A DNA stretch of 61,114 nucleotides, taken from Myxococcota bacterium. Lineage in GTDB: Bacteria; Myxococcota; XYA12-FULL-58-9; JALHOP01. The stretch covers positions 1 through 61,114 of the forward strand of contig JBGGMJ010000107.1 of assembly GCA_041288095.1 (NCBI GenBank), read 5' to 3'. Made by a program: the position numbers and the translations under genes. The notes beneath the pieces were generated by a model, which searched no databases, was not told where the DNA came from, and saw only the letters and a list, made by a program, of their open reading frames with translations. Below are positions 37,361-46,394 of this stretch, one piece after another (positions within the stretch are counted from its first letter, which is position 1; each line of letters starts with the position of its first letter).

Positions 37361-38933
37361 GAGTCACTCCTTTGCGTAGGTCGAAGCGCATGCGTGTCAC
37401 TTTCCCCGGCTTGACGTCGACGGTGGTGGAGCGCTCGAGCGCGAGGTCGGGGTTGACGAGACGAATGCGGACTCGGCCGGCGTTGAGCGCGTGCTCGATC
37501 AACGGGCTCGGCCCGACGAGGACACCGTCGATGTAGACGTTGGCCCACGGTTCGCTCTGCACGGTGAGCGTCGCCGGACCGTTCTGCGCCACGCTTGCGG
37601 CCTTCGTCTTCGGCCGCGCCTCATGCCGTCCGCTTTGGCGAACCGGAGGGTTGGGCGTCTCGGCGAATATGGGTTCTTCATGGAGCGCCGGGGATGGCGC
37701 GGGCGCCAGAGCTGGTGGCGCGGGCGGGGCCGGCGCCGTGGCTTGGACCTCCATCGCCCCGGGTCGGTCATGGTGGACCAGCCAGCCAATGCCGAGCGCG
37801 ATGCCGATGGTCGCCGCGAACCCAGCGAAAGCCAGCCACCAGGCGCGCTTGCGCGGCCGCGGGGGCACCACGGCTCGCACGGGCGACGCGCCGAGCTCCA
37901 GGGTCGGAGCCGTCTGCCCCGGCTGCGGGAGTTTTGCGAGCAGCTCGTCGGAGATGGCATGCGCGCGCGTTGCGGGATGCGGTGCCAACGACTCGGGCGT
38001 CTCGACGTCGGTCGCGTCGAGGAAGATGCCGCGAAGATAGTCGGAGACGGCCTCCCGGCTCGCCGGCCCTTCCCCACCGGCCGCGCGCTCCAGCGCCTCG
38101 GCGAAAGCGAGCGCGGTAGGAAAGCGCATCTCGGGCGACCGCTCGAGCGATCGGCTGGCGACAGCGACGACCGAGCCGGCGACACCTCCCGGCCTGTGCG
38201 GCGGCGGGATGGGTTCGCCGACGATGGCGAGCATCATGCCTTCGGCGTCTTTCCGCCTGAACAGGCGCTCCCCGGCGAGCAGCTCGTGCAAGATGACTCC
38301 GAGCGCGAAGACGTCGCTCCTGCGATCCATCGGTCGCGAGGTGCATTGCTCGGGCGACATGTACGCGAGCGTGCCCTTCACCATGCCAACCTCGGTGGCG
38401 GCACGCTGCAGGTTGCTCTTGGCGATGCCGAAGTCGAGGAGCTTGAGAACGCCATCGCGGACGACGAAGAGGTTGCGCGGTGTCACGTCGCGATGCACGA
38501 GCTCGAGCGGTCGGCCGTCGGCGGCTCTTGCTTCGTGAGCCGCATGCAACCCGAGCGCGGCGTCCATCATGAGGCGCACGACGATAGGGACGGGCACGAG
38601 ACGCCGGAGACCCGTGGCGCGCTTCGAGACCTCCGCGAGGTCCCAACCTTCGAGATGCTCGAGCGCCATGAAGTAGCGCTCGCGGTCGACGCCGATATCG
38701 AAGATCTTGACGACGTTCGTGTGGTCGCAGCGCGCCACCGCGCGCGCCTCATCGAGGAACATGGCGACTCGGTCGTCATCGGCGTAGGCGACGTCGAGCA
38801 GGTATTTGATGACCACGCGCCGGTCCAGGACCGTGTCGTGTCCGAGGAAAATCTCACCCATTCCTCCGACCGCGATGCGCTCGAGCAAACGATAGCGGCT
38901 CGATGGCGCGAACGACGGCACGGGAGTGGTCAC
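37347..38933 (-). CDS. Membrane Ser/Thr protein kinase with C-terminal PEGA-like domain
   Basis: GGMGEIF, VVIK, HRDVTPRN, DFG, GTLAYMSPE; TM helix; SEPWANVYIDG; GTG start near 38933 (approximate). Confidence 0.92.
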   Translation of the reverse strand: MTTPVPSFAPSSRYRLLERIAVGGMGEIFLGHDTVLDRRVVIKYLLDVAYADDDRVAMFLDEARAVARCDHTNVVKIFDIGVDRERYFMALEHLEGWDLAEVSKRATGLRRLVPVPIVVRLMMDAALGLHAAHEARAADGRPLELVHRDVTPRNLFVVRDGVLKLLDFGIAKSNLQRAATEVGMVKGTLAYMSPEQCTSRPMDRRSDVFALGVILHELLAGERLFRRKDAEGMMLAIVGEPIPPPHRPGGVAGSVVAVASRSLERSPEMRFPTALAFAEALERAAGGEGPASREAVSDYLRGIFLDATDVETPESLAPHPATRAHAISDELLAKLPQPGQTAPTLELGASPVRAVVPPRPRKRAWWLAFAGFAATIGIALGIGWLVHHDRPGAMEVQATAPAPPAPPALAPAPSPALHEEPIFAETPNPPVRQSGRHEARPKTKAASVAQNGPATLTVQSEPWANVYIDGVLVGPSPLIEHALNAGRVRIRLVNPDLALERSTTVDVKPGKVTRMRFDLRKGVTHVLP

Positions 38934-39077
38934 CCACGCGAGTATAGCAACCGCCCGGGTGGGCCACACCAGCACGTGTGGGCTAAGAGCACGCTGCATA
39001 CCAAGCTGAGCCGCTCGACCTTTCGCACACTTGCGGACCACAACGCGCCGGCATCACGCCGCGGGCGGCGGGTTACG

Positions 39078-39096
39078 GGGGGACCGCGCGTCCCCC
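39078..39096. repeat. Short GC hairpin GGGGGAC-N5-GTCCCCC (REP- or terminator-like)
   Basis: Perfect 7-bp inverted repeat just downstream of the CarF-like gene. Confidence 0.4.
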
Positions 39097-39114
39097 GCCA
39101 AGAACGTCGCGGCC

Positions 39115-40491
39115 TCAGGCTGGGGCGAGCCGCGACAACGTCACCGCGAGCTCTTCGCGTTCTTGACGAATACGGGCCCGCAGCTCGGGCGTGTCGCGGT
39201 GCTCGCGCTGAGCGTCGCGCAGGCCCGCGCTGGTCTCGGCCATCCGGCGTCGAGCCACCGCGCGGCGATAGGCGGCGTCGAGCGCTTGGCCGTCGGCGAC
39301 CATGCGCGGGATCAACTCCTCGAGCTCTCGCAGGCGCCCCTCGGCCTCGCCGCGCTCGGTCGCATCCGTAACCTTGGCGAGCGTGTTCGCGCACGCCGCA
39401 AGCTCCTCGCGAAACCACGCGATGGTGCGCTCATAGCGCGACAGTCGGCCCTTGATCTCGAGCTCCGGTCGCATGGCCTTCGGCGCGAGCGCGACCTCTT
39501 TGAGCTCGGGGTAGTCCTGCCAGGGTACGGGGGTGCGCCCGAGGAAGCGGTGGGCGAAAGCCTCGAGCTTCGACGCCACGTCGAAGGTATCGAGCTGGCG
39601 GATCGGTGATAGCCACCCCAGGAGGCCCTGATGCGAGCCCGTGTGCCGCATGGGCTCCTCGGCGGTGAGGAGGCACTCGCGCACACCCCAGTGGTGACCG
39701 CCGTGGTGCTCGTTGTCGATGAGCGCACCGCCTCGCTGGAACGCTCTGGTCACCTGCCCGGGGTTGGCGTCGTGCGCGGCGCGGTGAGCGCCTTGTGCGA
39801 GGCCGGCAGCGGTGCTGAACGCCAGCATGAAGCTCATCCACGCGACGCTGGGATCGAGGACCAGGGTGCCGGCTCCAAAAGCGATCCCGACCGGCAACAG
39901 TCCCGCGACCGCGCGGACCCACGTCTGCTGCGAATACAAGCTCGGCATGATGTGATGCAGCCACAAGTAGCTGCCCGCGTTCATCGGCTCACCGGGGACG
40001 TGCCGGCGCATCTTCAGCAAGTCGTTGAAGACGTGCACGCCCCACGCGAGGCCGTCGGCGACGAACGCGCCGAGCACGGCGCAGCCGATCAGCTCAGGCA
40101 CAGCGTCGAGCGGGATGTCCTTGCTGGCGATGCGAGCAACGAGCGCGACGCCAACGCCCGCCGCGGTGGCGAGAACTGCCTTGTCGACGAGACGGGTCGA
40201 GTAGTGGTCGACGGGCGTGAGCAGCTTCTCGACGCCCATGCGCTTGGCGAGCGCGGGCATCTTTGCCTGCACTGCTTCGAGTAAGCGCTGCACGCCCGGC
40301 GAGACCTGCGGAGTCGGTTGCAGCAGGTCGCGGCGCACGTTCACGAGCACGCTCGCCTGGCGCTGCCGCCGATCGGCGTCGAGCTCGCGCTTGGTGAGAT
40401 CAGCTCGGCTCGCGAAGACCGGAGCCCCGAGGAAACGCAACGACGTAGGGGTCACTCCCGCCGCACCGCGCTCCACCCCCACCCTCGCCAT
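39115..40491 (-). CDS. CarF/TMEM189 (plasmanylethanolamine desaturase)-like domain protein with N- and C-terminal extensions
   Basis: ADGLAWGVHVFND, LHHIMP, HRAAH and FQRGGALIDNEHHGGHH follow the family His pattern; GAGGAG RBS before ATG 40491; coiled-coil tail. Confidence 0.7.
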   Translation of the reverse strand: MARVGVERGAAGVTPTSLRFLGAPVFASRADLTKRELDADRRQRQASVLVNVRRDLLQPTPQVSPGVQRLLEAVQAKMPALAKRMGVEKLLTPVDHYSTRLVDKAVLATAAGVGVALVARIASKDIPLDAVPELIGCAVLGAFVADGLAWGVHVFNDLLKMRRHVPGEPMNAGSYLWLHHIMPSLYSQQTWVRAVAGLLPVGIAFGAGTLVLDPSVAWMSFMLAFSTAAGLAQGAHRAAHDANPGQVTRAFQRGGALIDNEHHGGHHWGVRECLLTAEEPMRHTGSHQGLLGWLSPIRQLDTFDVASKLEAFAHRFLGRTPVPWQDYPELKEVALAPKAMRPELEIKGRLSRYERTIAWFREELAACANTLAKVTDATERGEAEGRLRELEELIPRMVADGQALDAAYRRAVARRRMAETSAGLRDAQREHRDTPELRARIRQEREELAVTLSRLAPA

Positions 40492-40565
40492 GTCGAGCTC
40501 CTCGCGCGTCATTATCGCGAGGAGTCGTGGACCGTTGCTGACGCGGCGTCAGAGAGGAATCCGCT

Positions 40566-43500
40566 CTACGCGTCGTAAGCGAGGATCGGCGAGAGCCAGC
40601 GCTCCGCTTCGGCCTTCGTCATGCCTTTGCGTACCGCATAGGCCTGCACTTGATCGGCGCCGACGCGTCCGACACCGAAGTAGCGCGCATCCGGATGATT
40701 GAAGTACATGCCGCTCACCGCCGCCGATGGCCACATGGCCATGCTCTCGGTGAGCGTGAGCCCGATGGCCTTCTCGACGTCCATGAGCTGCCACAAGAGC
40801 TGCTTCTCGGTGTGGTCCGGGCATGCGGGATAGCCGGGCGCTGGGCGGATACCGCGATAGCGTTCTTCGATGAGGTCTTGTTTGGAGAGGTTCTCGACGA
40901 CCGCGCAATCACGCCGCGCGCGCTCATGGAGGAGCTCGGCAAGCGCTTCAGCTAGGCGGTCGGCCAAGGCCTTCGCCATGATGGCATTGTAGTCGTCGTG
41001 ATCGGCCTCGAACTTGCGCACGAGGTCGTCGACTCCGTGTCCGGTGGTGACCGCGAAAGCGCCCACGTAGTCGGCCACGCCGCCCACGGGCGCCACAAAG
41101 TCCGCTAAAGCGAGCGACTTTTCGTCGGCCGTGCGCAGGCGCTGCTGACGCAAGGTGTGCCAGCGCATGCGCTCGGTCTTCCGCCCGTCGTCCGCGTAAA
41201 TGACGATATCGTCGCCGTCACGGGCCGCCGGAAAGAACCCATAGACAGCCCGCGCCGTGAATAAGTCCTCGGCGACGATGCGCGCCAAGAGCTTCTCGGC
41301 GTTGGCGAAGAGCTCGCGCGCCGCCGGACCAACGTCCGCCTTGTTGAAGATCTGCGGATAGATGCCCTTGAGCTCCCAGGCGTGGAAGAACGGCGTCCAG
41401 TCAATGTACGGAACGATGTCCGCGAGCGGTACGCGATCGAGGACACGCACGCCGGTGAAGGCGGGTGTCGCGACGGTGGTGGCGTCGAAGCGAAGCTGCT
41501 CGCGCCGCTCGACCGCTTTGGCGTACGCAACGATGTCGCCGCCTTGGCTCGCGCGATGGGCATCCCGCAGCGACTTCTGCTCGTCACGCACGCCGGGCGT
41601 GTAAGCCTCGAGGTTGTTCTTCACGTTGCCGACGACCGCGACCGCGCGTGAGGCGTCGCGCACGTGCACCGTGAGCCCCTCGTATTGCGGGGCGATCTTC
41701 ACGGCGGTGTGCTTGTTGCTGGTGGTGGCGCCGCCGATGAGGAGCGGCAGCTTCATGCCACGGCGCTGCATTTCCTTGGCCACATGAACCATCTCGTCGA
41801 GCGAGGGCGTGATGAGGCCGGACAGACCGAGAACATCGGCCTTCTGGGCGATGGCGGTCTCGAGGATCTTGTCGGCCGGTACCATGACGCCGAGGTCCAC
41901 GACCTCGTAGCCGTTGCAACCCAAGACGACGCCCACGATGTTCTTACCGATGTCGTGCACATCGCCTTTGACCGTGGCGAGCACGATCTTGCCCTGCGAC
42001 GTAGCACCAGTCGCTGCCTTCTCGGCCTCCATGTAGGGCTGCAGGTAGGCGACCGACTTTTTCATGACACGGGCGCTCTTCACCACTTGCGGCAGGAACA
42101 TCTTGCCCTCGCCGAACAAGTCGCCGACCACGTCCATGCCGGCCATGAGCGGTCCCTCGATGACCTTGAGTGGCCGCTCGTACTTCGCGCGGGCTTCTTC
42201 GGTATCGGCTTCGATATAGTCGACGATGCCGGCGACCAGGGCGTGCTTGAGCCGCTCTTCGACGGACTGGTTGCGCCACGTCAGGTCGGCTTCCGTTTTA
42301 GCGGTCTCGCCGGTGTGCGACTGGGCATAGGCAATGAGCTCTTCGGTGGCCTCGGCGCGTCGCGCGAAGATGACGTCCTCGAGGAGCTGGCGCAGCGCCG
42401 CGGGTACCTCGTCGTACACCATCAGGTGGCCGGCGTTGACGATCCCCATGTCGAGGCCGGCCTTGATGGCATGAAACAGGAACACGGCGTTCATGGCCTG
42501 GCGGACGTGCTCGTTGCCGCGGAAGGCAAACGACAGGTTGCTGATACCGCCGCTCACCTTGGCGAGAGGGAAGCGCTTCTTGAGCTCCCGCGTCGCGTCG
42601 ATGAAGTCGAGGCCGTAGCGCGCGTGCTCTTCCATACCGGTGGCGATGGTGAGGACGTTGGGGTCGAAGATGATGTCCTGCGGCGCGACCCCGACCTGCT
42701 CCGTGAGAATTCGATAGGCGCGAGAGAGAATCTCGAGCCGGCGGTCGAAGTCGGCGGCCTGCCCTTCTTCGTCGAACGCCATGACCACCATGGCGGCGCC
42801 GTAACGCTGGATGATGCGGGCGCGCTCGATGAACGTCGCCTCGCCGTCCTTGAGCGAGATCGAATTGACGATGCACTTGCCCTGCACGCATTTGAGCCCG
42901 GCCTCGAGAACCTTGAAGTCCGAGCTGTCGATCATGATCGGCAACCGCGCCACGTCGGGCTCCGACGCGACCATGTTGAGGAACGTGGTCATCGCCTGGA
43001 CGGAGTCGAGCATGCCCTCATCCATGTTGACGTCGAGAACGTTGGCACCGCCGGTGGCCTGTTGACGAGCGACGTCGAGGGCGGCTTCGAATTCTCCAGC
43101 GAGGACCAGCCGAGCGAAGCGTCGTGAGCCGGTGACATTGGTGCGCTCGCCCACGATGGTGAAGTTGCTGTCTGGGCGCAGCACCAGCGCCTCGAGACCG
43201 CTATAGCGAGTCAAGGAGTCGATCTCGGGCCCCGGCTTTCGGCGCGGTGACAGCGGCTTCAACGCCTTGGCGATCTCGGCGATGTGCTCGGGCGTCGTGC
43301 CGCAACAGCCGCCCACGATGTTGAGCCAGCCTTCACTCGCGAAGCCCCCAAGCGCCTTGGCCACGTCTTTCGGTCCTTCGTCGTATTCGCCGAAGGCGTT
43401 CGGGAGACCGGCGTTCGGATAGCAACTGGTGTAGCTCGGCGTGAGCCGCGCGAGCTCTTCCACATAGGGCCGCATCGCCGCCGGGCCGAGAGCGCAATTG

Positions 43501-44234
43501 AGGCCCACCGAAAACGGCTGATAGCGCGCCACGGAGGTGAAGAACGCCTCGAGCGTCTGTCCGCTCAGGGTGCGGCCGCTGGCGTCGGTGATGGTGACGC
43601 TCACGAGCACCGGCAAGCGTATCTTGCGCTCCGCGAAGAGGCGCTCGATGGCCGCGAGCGCCGCTTTTGCGTTCAGCGTGTCGAAGATGGTCTCGGGCAG
43701 CAGCACGTCGACGCCACCGTCCACCAAAGCGGACGCTTGCTCGAAGTAGGACCGCTCGAGCTCGTCGAAGCTCACGGCACGAAATGCGGGGTTGTTGACG
43801 TCGGGCGACATGGAGGCGGTGCGGTTCGTGGGTCCGATGGCGCCCGCGACGAAGCGGCGCTGGCCGGTCTCGCGCGTCACCTCATCTGCCGCCTCACGCG
43901 CCACCCTGGCCGCCGCGAGGTTGATGGCGCGGCAGTCGCCCTCGAGACCGTAGTCGAGCATCGAGATCGAGTTGGCGTTGAAGCTGTTGGTCTCGATCAT
44001 GTCCGCGCCGGCGAGCAAGAAGTCGCGGTGGATCGCCTTGATGATGTCGGGCCGTGTGATGACCAAGAGGTCGTTGCAGCCGCGCAGCTCGCGCGGATGC
44101 TTGGCATAAGCCTCGCCGCGAAAGTCCGACTCGGACAGCGCGTGCGTCTGAATCATCGTGCCCATGGCCCCATCGAGCACCAAATGGCGCTCGCGCAGGA
44201 TTCGTTCCAGGGCATCGAAGGTAGGGGATCGCAT
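40566..44234 (-). CDS. metH: Cobalamin-dependent methionine synthase
   Basis: [51 protein letters not shown] 44234 preferred over 44264. Confidence 0.98.
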   Translation of the reverse strand: MRSPTFDALERILRERHLVLDGAMGTMIQTHALSESDFRGEAYAKHPRELRGCNDLLVITRPDIIKAIHRDFLLAGADMIETNSFNANSISMLDYGLEGDCRAINLAAARVAREAADEVTRETGQRRFVAGAIGPTNRTASMSPDVNNPAFRAVSFDELERSYFEQASALVDGGVDVLLPETIFDTLNAKAALAAIERLFAERKIRLPVLVSVTITDASGRTLSGQTLEAFFTSVARYQPFSVGLNCALGPAAMRPYVEELARLTPSYTSCYPNAGLPNAFGEYDEGPKDVAKALGGFASEGWLNIVGGCCGTTPEHIAEIAKALKPLSPRRKPGPEIDSLTRYSGLEALVLRPDSNFTIVGERTNVTGSRRFARLVLAGEFEAALDVARQQATGGANVLDVNMDEGMLDSVQAMTTFLNMVASEPDVARLPIMIDSSDFKVLEAGLKCVQGKCIVNSISLKDGEATFIERARIIQRYGAAMVVMAFDEEGQAADFDRRLEILSRAYRILTEQVGVAPQDIIFDPNVLTIATGMEEHARYGLDFIDATRELKKRFPLAKVSGGISNLSFAFRGNEHVRQAMNAVFLFHAIKAGLDMGIVNAGHLMVYDEVPAALRQLLEDVIFARRAEATEELIAYAQSHTGETAKTEADLTWRNQSVEERLKHALVAGIVDYIEADTEEARAKYERPLKVIEGPLMAGMDVVGDLFGEGKMFLPQVVKSARVMKKSVAYLQPYMEAEKAATGATSQGKIVLATVKGDVHDIGKNIVGVVLGCNGYEVVDLGVMVPADKILETAIAQKADVLGLSGLITPSLDEMVHVAKEMQRRGMKLPLLIGGATTSNKHTAVKIAPQYEGLTVHVRDASRAVAVVGNVKNNLEAYTPGVRDEQKSLRDAHRASQGGDIVAYAKAVERREQLRFDATTVATPAFTGVRVLDRVPLADIVPYIDWTPFFHAWELKGIYPQIFNKADVGPAARELFANAEKLLARIVAEDLFTARAVYGFFPAARDGDDIVIYADDGRKTERMRWHTLRQQRLRTADEKSLALADFVAPVGGVADYVGAFAVTTGHGVDDLVRKFEADHDDYNAIMAKALADRLAEALAELLHERARRDCAVVENLSKQDLIEERYRGIRPAPGYPACPDHTEKQLLWQLMDVEKAIGLTLTESMAMWPSAAVSGMYFNHPDARYFGVGRVGADQVQAYAVRKGMTKAEAERWLSPILAYDA

Positions 44235-44292
44235 GCGCGCACTCTTAGCAAGTGCGTCACGCATCAGGAAGAGCGCCGCCCCGCGACGGGAA

Positions 44293-44448
44293 CGCCTTAA
44301 CCATCAACGGCTCGCAGTGTGCGCAAGGCGGGGTGACGACATCGGCGTGAGGCGGGAGCCCCCAACGCGAGAACCGATGCAGGGTTGCCTCCGCCCTCCC
44401 TTAAACCCCCCGCCTGCAGCCGCTCCGTAGCCGCAACGCCCGCCTTAA
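44293..44448. other. Structured non-coding element (long imperfect fold-back) flanked by 8-bp direct repeats CGCCTTAA; MITE/REP-like insertion or ncRNA
   Basis: CGCCTTAA at 44293-44300 and 44441-44448; nested stems AGGCGGGG/CCCCGCCT, GGCG-GAGGC/GCCTC-CGCC, CGGCT-GC/GCAGCCG. Confidence 0.55.
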
Positions 44449-44466
44449 AAGCATGGCAAAGCAGGC

Positions 44467-44497
44467 GTCAGGTTCCGACTTGTTTTCGGAACCTGAC
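44467..44497. repeat. Perfect 12-bp inverted repeat GTCAGGTTCCGA-N7-TCGGAACCTGAC
   Basis: Read directly from the sequence. Confidence 0.75.
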
Positions 44498-44527
44498 CGC
44501 TAGCCTCGCGCCTCGCGAGGCGGAATA

Positions 44528-44563
44528 GACGGTGGCGCCCGCCCGACAACGGGCGCCACCGTC
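44528..44563 (-). terminator. Probable terminator hairpin after the tandem paralogues
   Basis: 14-bp perfect stem GACGGTGGCGCCCG/CGGGCGCCACCGTC directly after the TAA at 44565; weak U-tract. Confidence 0.6.
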
Positions 44564-44564
44564 C

Positions 44565-46298
44565 TTAAGCGCGGAATCCGGAGGTCACGAGGGCCATCCG
44601 GTATCGCGACGCCAGGGTGGTATTGGCGTGCACGTGTTCTGCCTCCCGCGCGACGGAGTCGAGCTCGCCGATGGTCGCGCCGACGAGAGCGACCACCGTA
44701 TCGAGCGTCTGGCTCGGAATACCGGCTGCGACTCTGGCTGTGGTGGCAACCAGATTGTCGGAGTCGGCATCTTCCCCAAACCACACGTCTTCGGAGACGT
44801 GCTGTACCCCGTCCTGAGTGAATGTCGATCGCATGAGCATTTCACCGCGCTCGTTGGCGGTGAGCTCCATCTTGAGGCTGAGCTCGGTGACCCCGAGCTC
44901 GACCAAGGTCTTTAGCTCGCCGGTCTCGACCACGGCGTCACCGTCGTCGACCCAAGCCTTCAAGCCGTCGAGCTCGGTCCCGGTGAGCCGACCATCGCCG
45001 TTCGCGTCGAGGCCTTCCATCTTCTCGTAGCCGTTGGCGAAGGTGCCGCCTTGGTCGCCGAAGAGGCGCCTACCGTCGATGACGCCGTCGCCCGCCGCCG
45101 CCGACGTAGCTCCGCCATCGCGGTCATCGACCAGCATGGCGTCGCCGTCACCGTTCATCCACTCGATGCGCTCGAGATCGCCGTCGCCGTCGATGTCGAA
45201 GTCCACCGTGGGCTTGATGGCGAGTCCGGCGCGATCGCGCGCGGTGCTGTCGCCGGTAACGCCCATGCCGCCGTCATGGTTCAAATCGAGCATGACCGGC
45301 GAGTTGGTCTTGGCGCCAGCGCCGGAGAGATCGGTCAACGTCTCGCTCAGGCTCGATGATGTCGCGTTGGGTATATCTAGAACGCTGCCACCGCGGCGAT
45401 TGGCTTCCTTGTCGGTGGGCACGAACATGCTGTTCGAGGAGCTGCCCTGGATGAGCACCGACCCTGATGGGCGTGGCGACGAGCTGGTCGCGCTGAACGA
45501 CGACGACGACGTACGCCTCGCGGTGGAGCCAGAGGTCGAGCTGCTCGTCGATCCGCTCGACGAGCCGGCTTGCCTCGCATTGGTGGCGCGCAGGTAACGC
45601 CCCTCGACGCCCTCGGTGTTGTGACCCTTCCAGACGTACATGAAGGCGCCGCCGATGTTGAACTTGCCCTCCGGCAGGATGCCCTGGCGCATGAGCCCCA
45701 GCATGTGCGCGAGCCGCATCTGCTGGGCGCCGATCGACGCGCGGTGCGGATCGGTACCGCCGTCGGCGAGCGCCTTCTTGATGGCGTTGGGATTGAGCAC
45801 GAGCTCGGCGCCGCGATTCACGCGGGCCTGCAAGTCCGCCTCGCTGATCTTGCCGGTCGCCAAGAGCTCGATGGGCTTCGCCAGCTCGACGTCGGTGAAC
45901 TGAATGCCGGGGAAGGCATTCTTGTACATCTCGACGACCTTATCCTGCGCGGTGTCACGCGCCATGGCCCTGCCCGGCTCGAAGGGCGTGCCTTCGGCGG
46001 CGCGATTGATGATCTGCTGCCGCTTCATTTCCTTCTTCGCACGGCGCATGCTGATGCCGAGCCGCCGCGCCATGTCCGCGATAGCACCGGCGTTGCTCTC
46101 TCGGTCCTTGTCGCGGGCGGCCGATGCTTCATCGCCGCCCTTGACCTTGGTGCGATCGCTGTCGCCCTTGATCTTGTCGAAGGCGTCGCCCTCGCGGCCG
46201 CGGATCTCACGCTCGACCCGCTCGTTTCCCGTCTCGACACGCTCCGCGTTAGCGGACGCAGCCGTGTCTCGAACGGCATTTGCTCCGTTCACATTCAT
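44565..46298 (-). CDS. Protein with unknown helical domain and FrpC-SPM-like Ca-binding module, paralogue 1
   Basis: SPVMLDLNHDG..FDIDGDG..EW..DAMLVDDRDG..IDG..LFGD..NGY..LDANGDG..W..GELKTL.ELGV; Ser-rich linker; ends TSGFRA. Confidence 0.8.
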   Translation of the reverse strand: MNVNGANAVRDTAASANAERVETGNERVEREIRGREGDAFDKIKGDSDRTKVKGGDEASAARDKDRESNAGAIADMARRLGISMRRAKKEMKRQQIINRAAEGTPFEPGRAMARDTAQDKVVEMYKNAFPGIQFTDVELAKPIELLATGKISEADLQARVNRGAELVLNPNAIKKALADGGTDPHRASIGAQQMRLAHMLGLMRQGILPEGKFNIGGAFMYVWKGHNTEGVEGRYLRATNARQAGSSSGSTSSSTSGSTARRTSSSSFSATSSSPRPSGSVLIQGSSSNSMFVPTDKEANRRGGSVLDIPNATSSSLSETLTDLSGAGAKTNSPVMLDLNHDGGMGVTGDSTARDRAGLAIKPTVDFDIDGDGDLERIEWMNGDGDAMLVDDRDGGATSAAAGDGVIDGRRLFGDQGGTFANGYEKMEGLDANGDGRLTGTELDGLKAWVDDGDAVVETGELKTLVELGVTELSLKMELTANERGEMLMRSTFTQDGVQHVSEDVWFGEDADSDNLVATTARVAAGIPSQTLDTVVALVGATIGELDSVAREAEHVHANTTLASRYRMALVTSGFRA

Positions 46299-46309
46299 GG
46301 CGACTCATC

Positions 46310-46357
46310 TTCTCCCAGCGTCATGGTGGTAACGCTCGAGGTGGTATGGATACCTAC
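46310..46357 (-). promoter_or_regulatory. Conserved two-hairpin leader abutting the RBS, copy 1
   Basis: Minus strand GTAGGTA-TCCA-TACCAC-CTCG-AGCGTTA-CCACCA-TGACGCT-GGGAGAA. Confidence 0.6.
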
Positions 46358-46394
46358 TCCGCATTTAGCGGAGTGGGTTGTTGCCAAACACGAT

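Noticed and set aside
44235..44460. SAM, SAH or cobalamin riboswitch upstream of metH
   Set aside because: Only isolated fragments (GGCAACC, GGCGCTC) are present, without the ordered consensus; needs cmscan to exclude fully.
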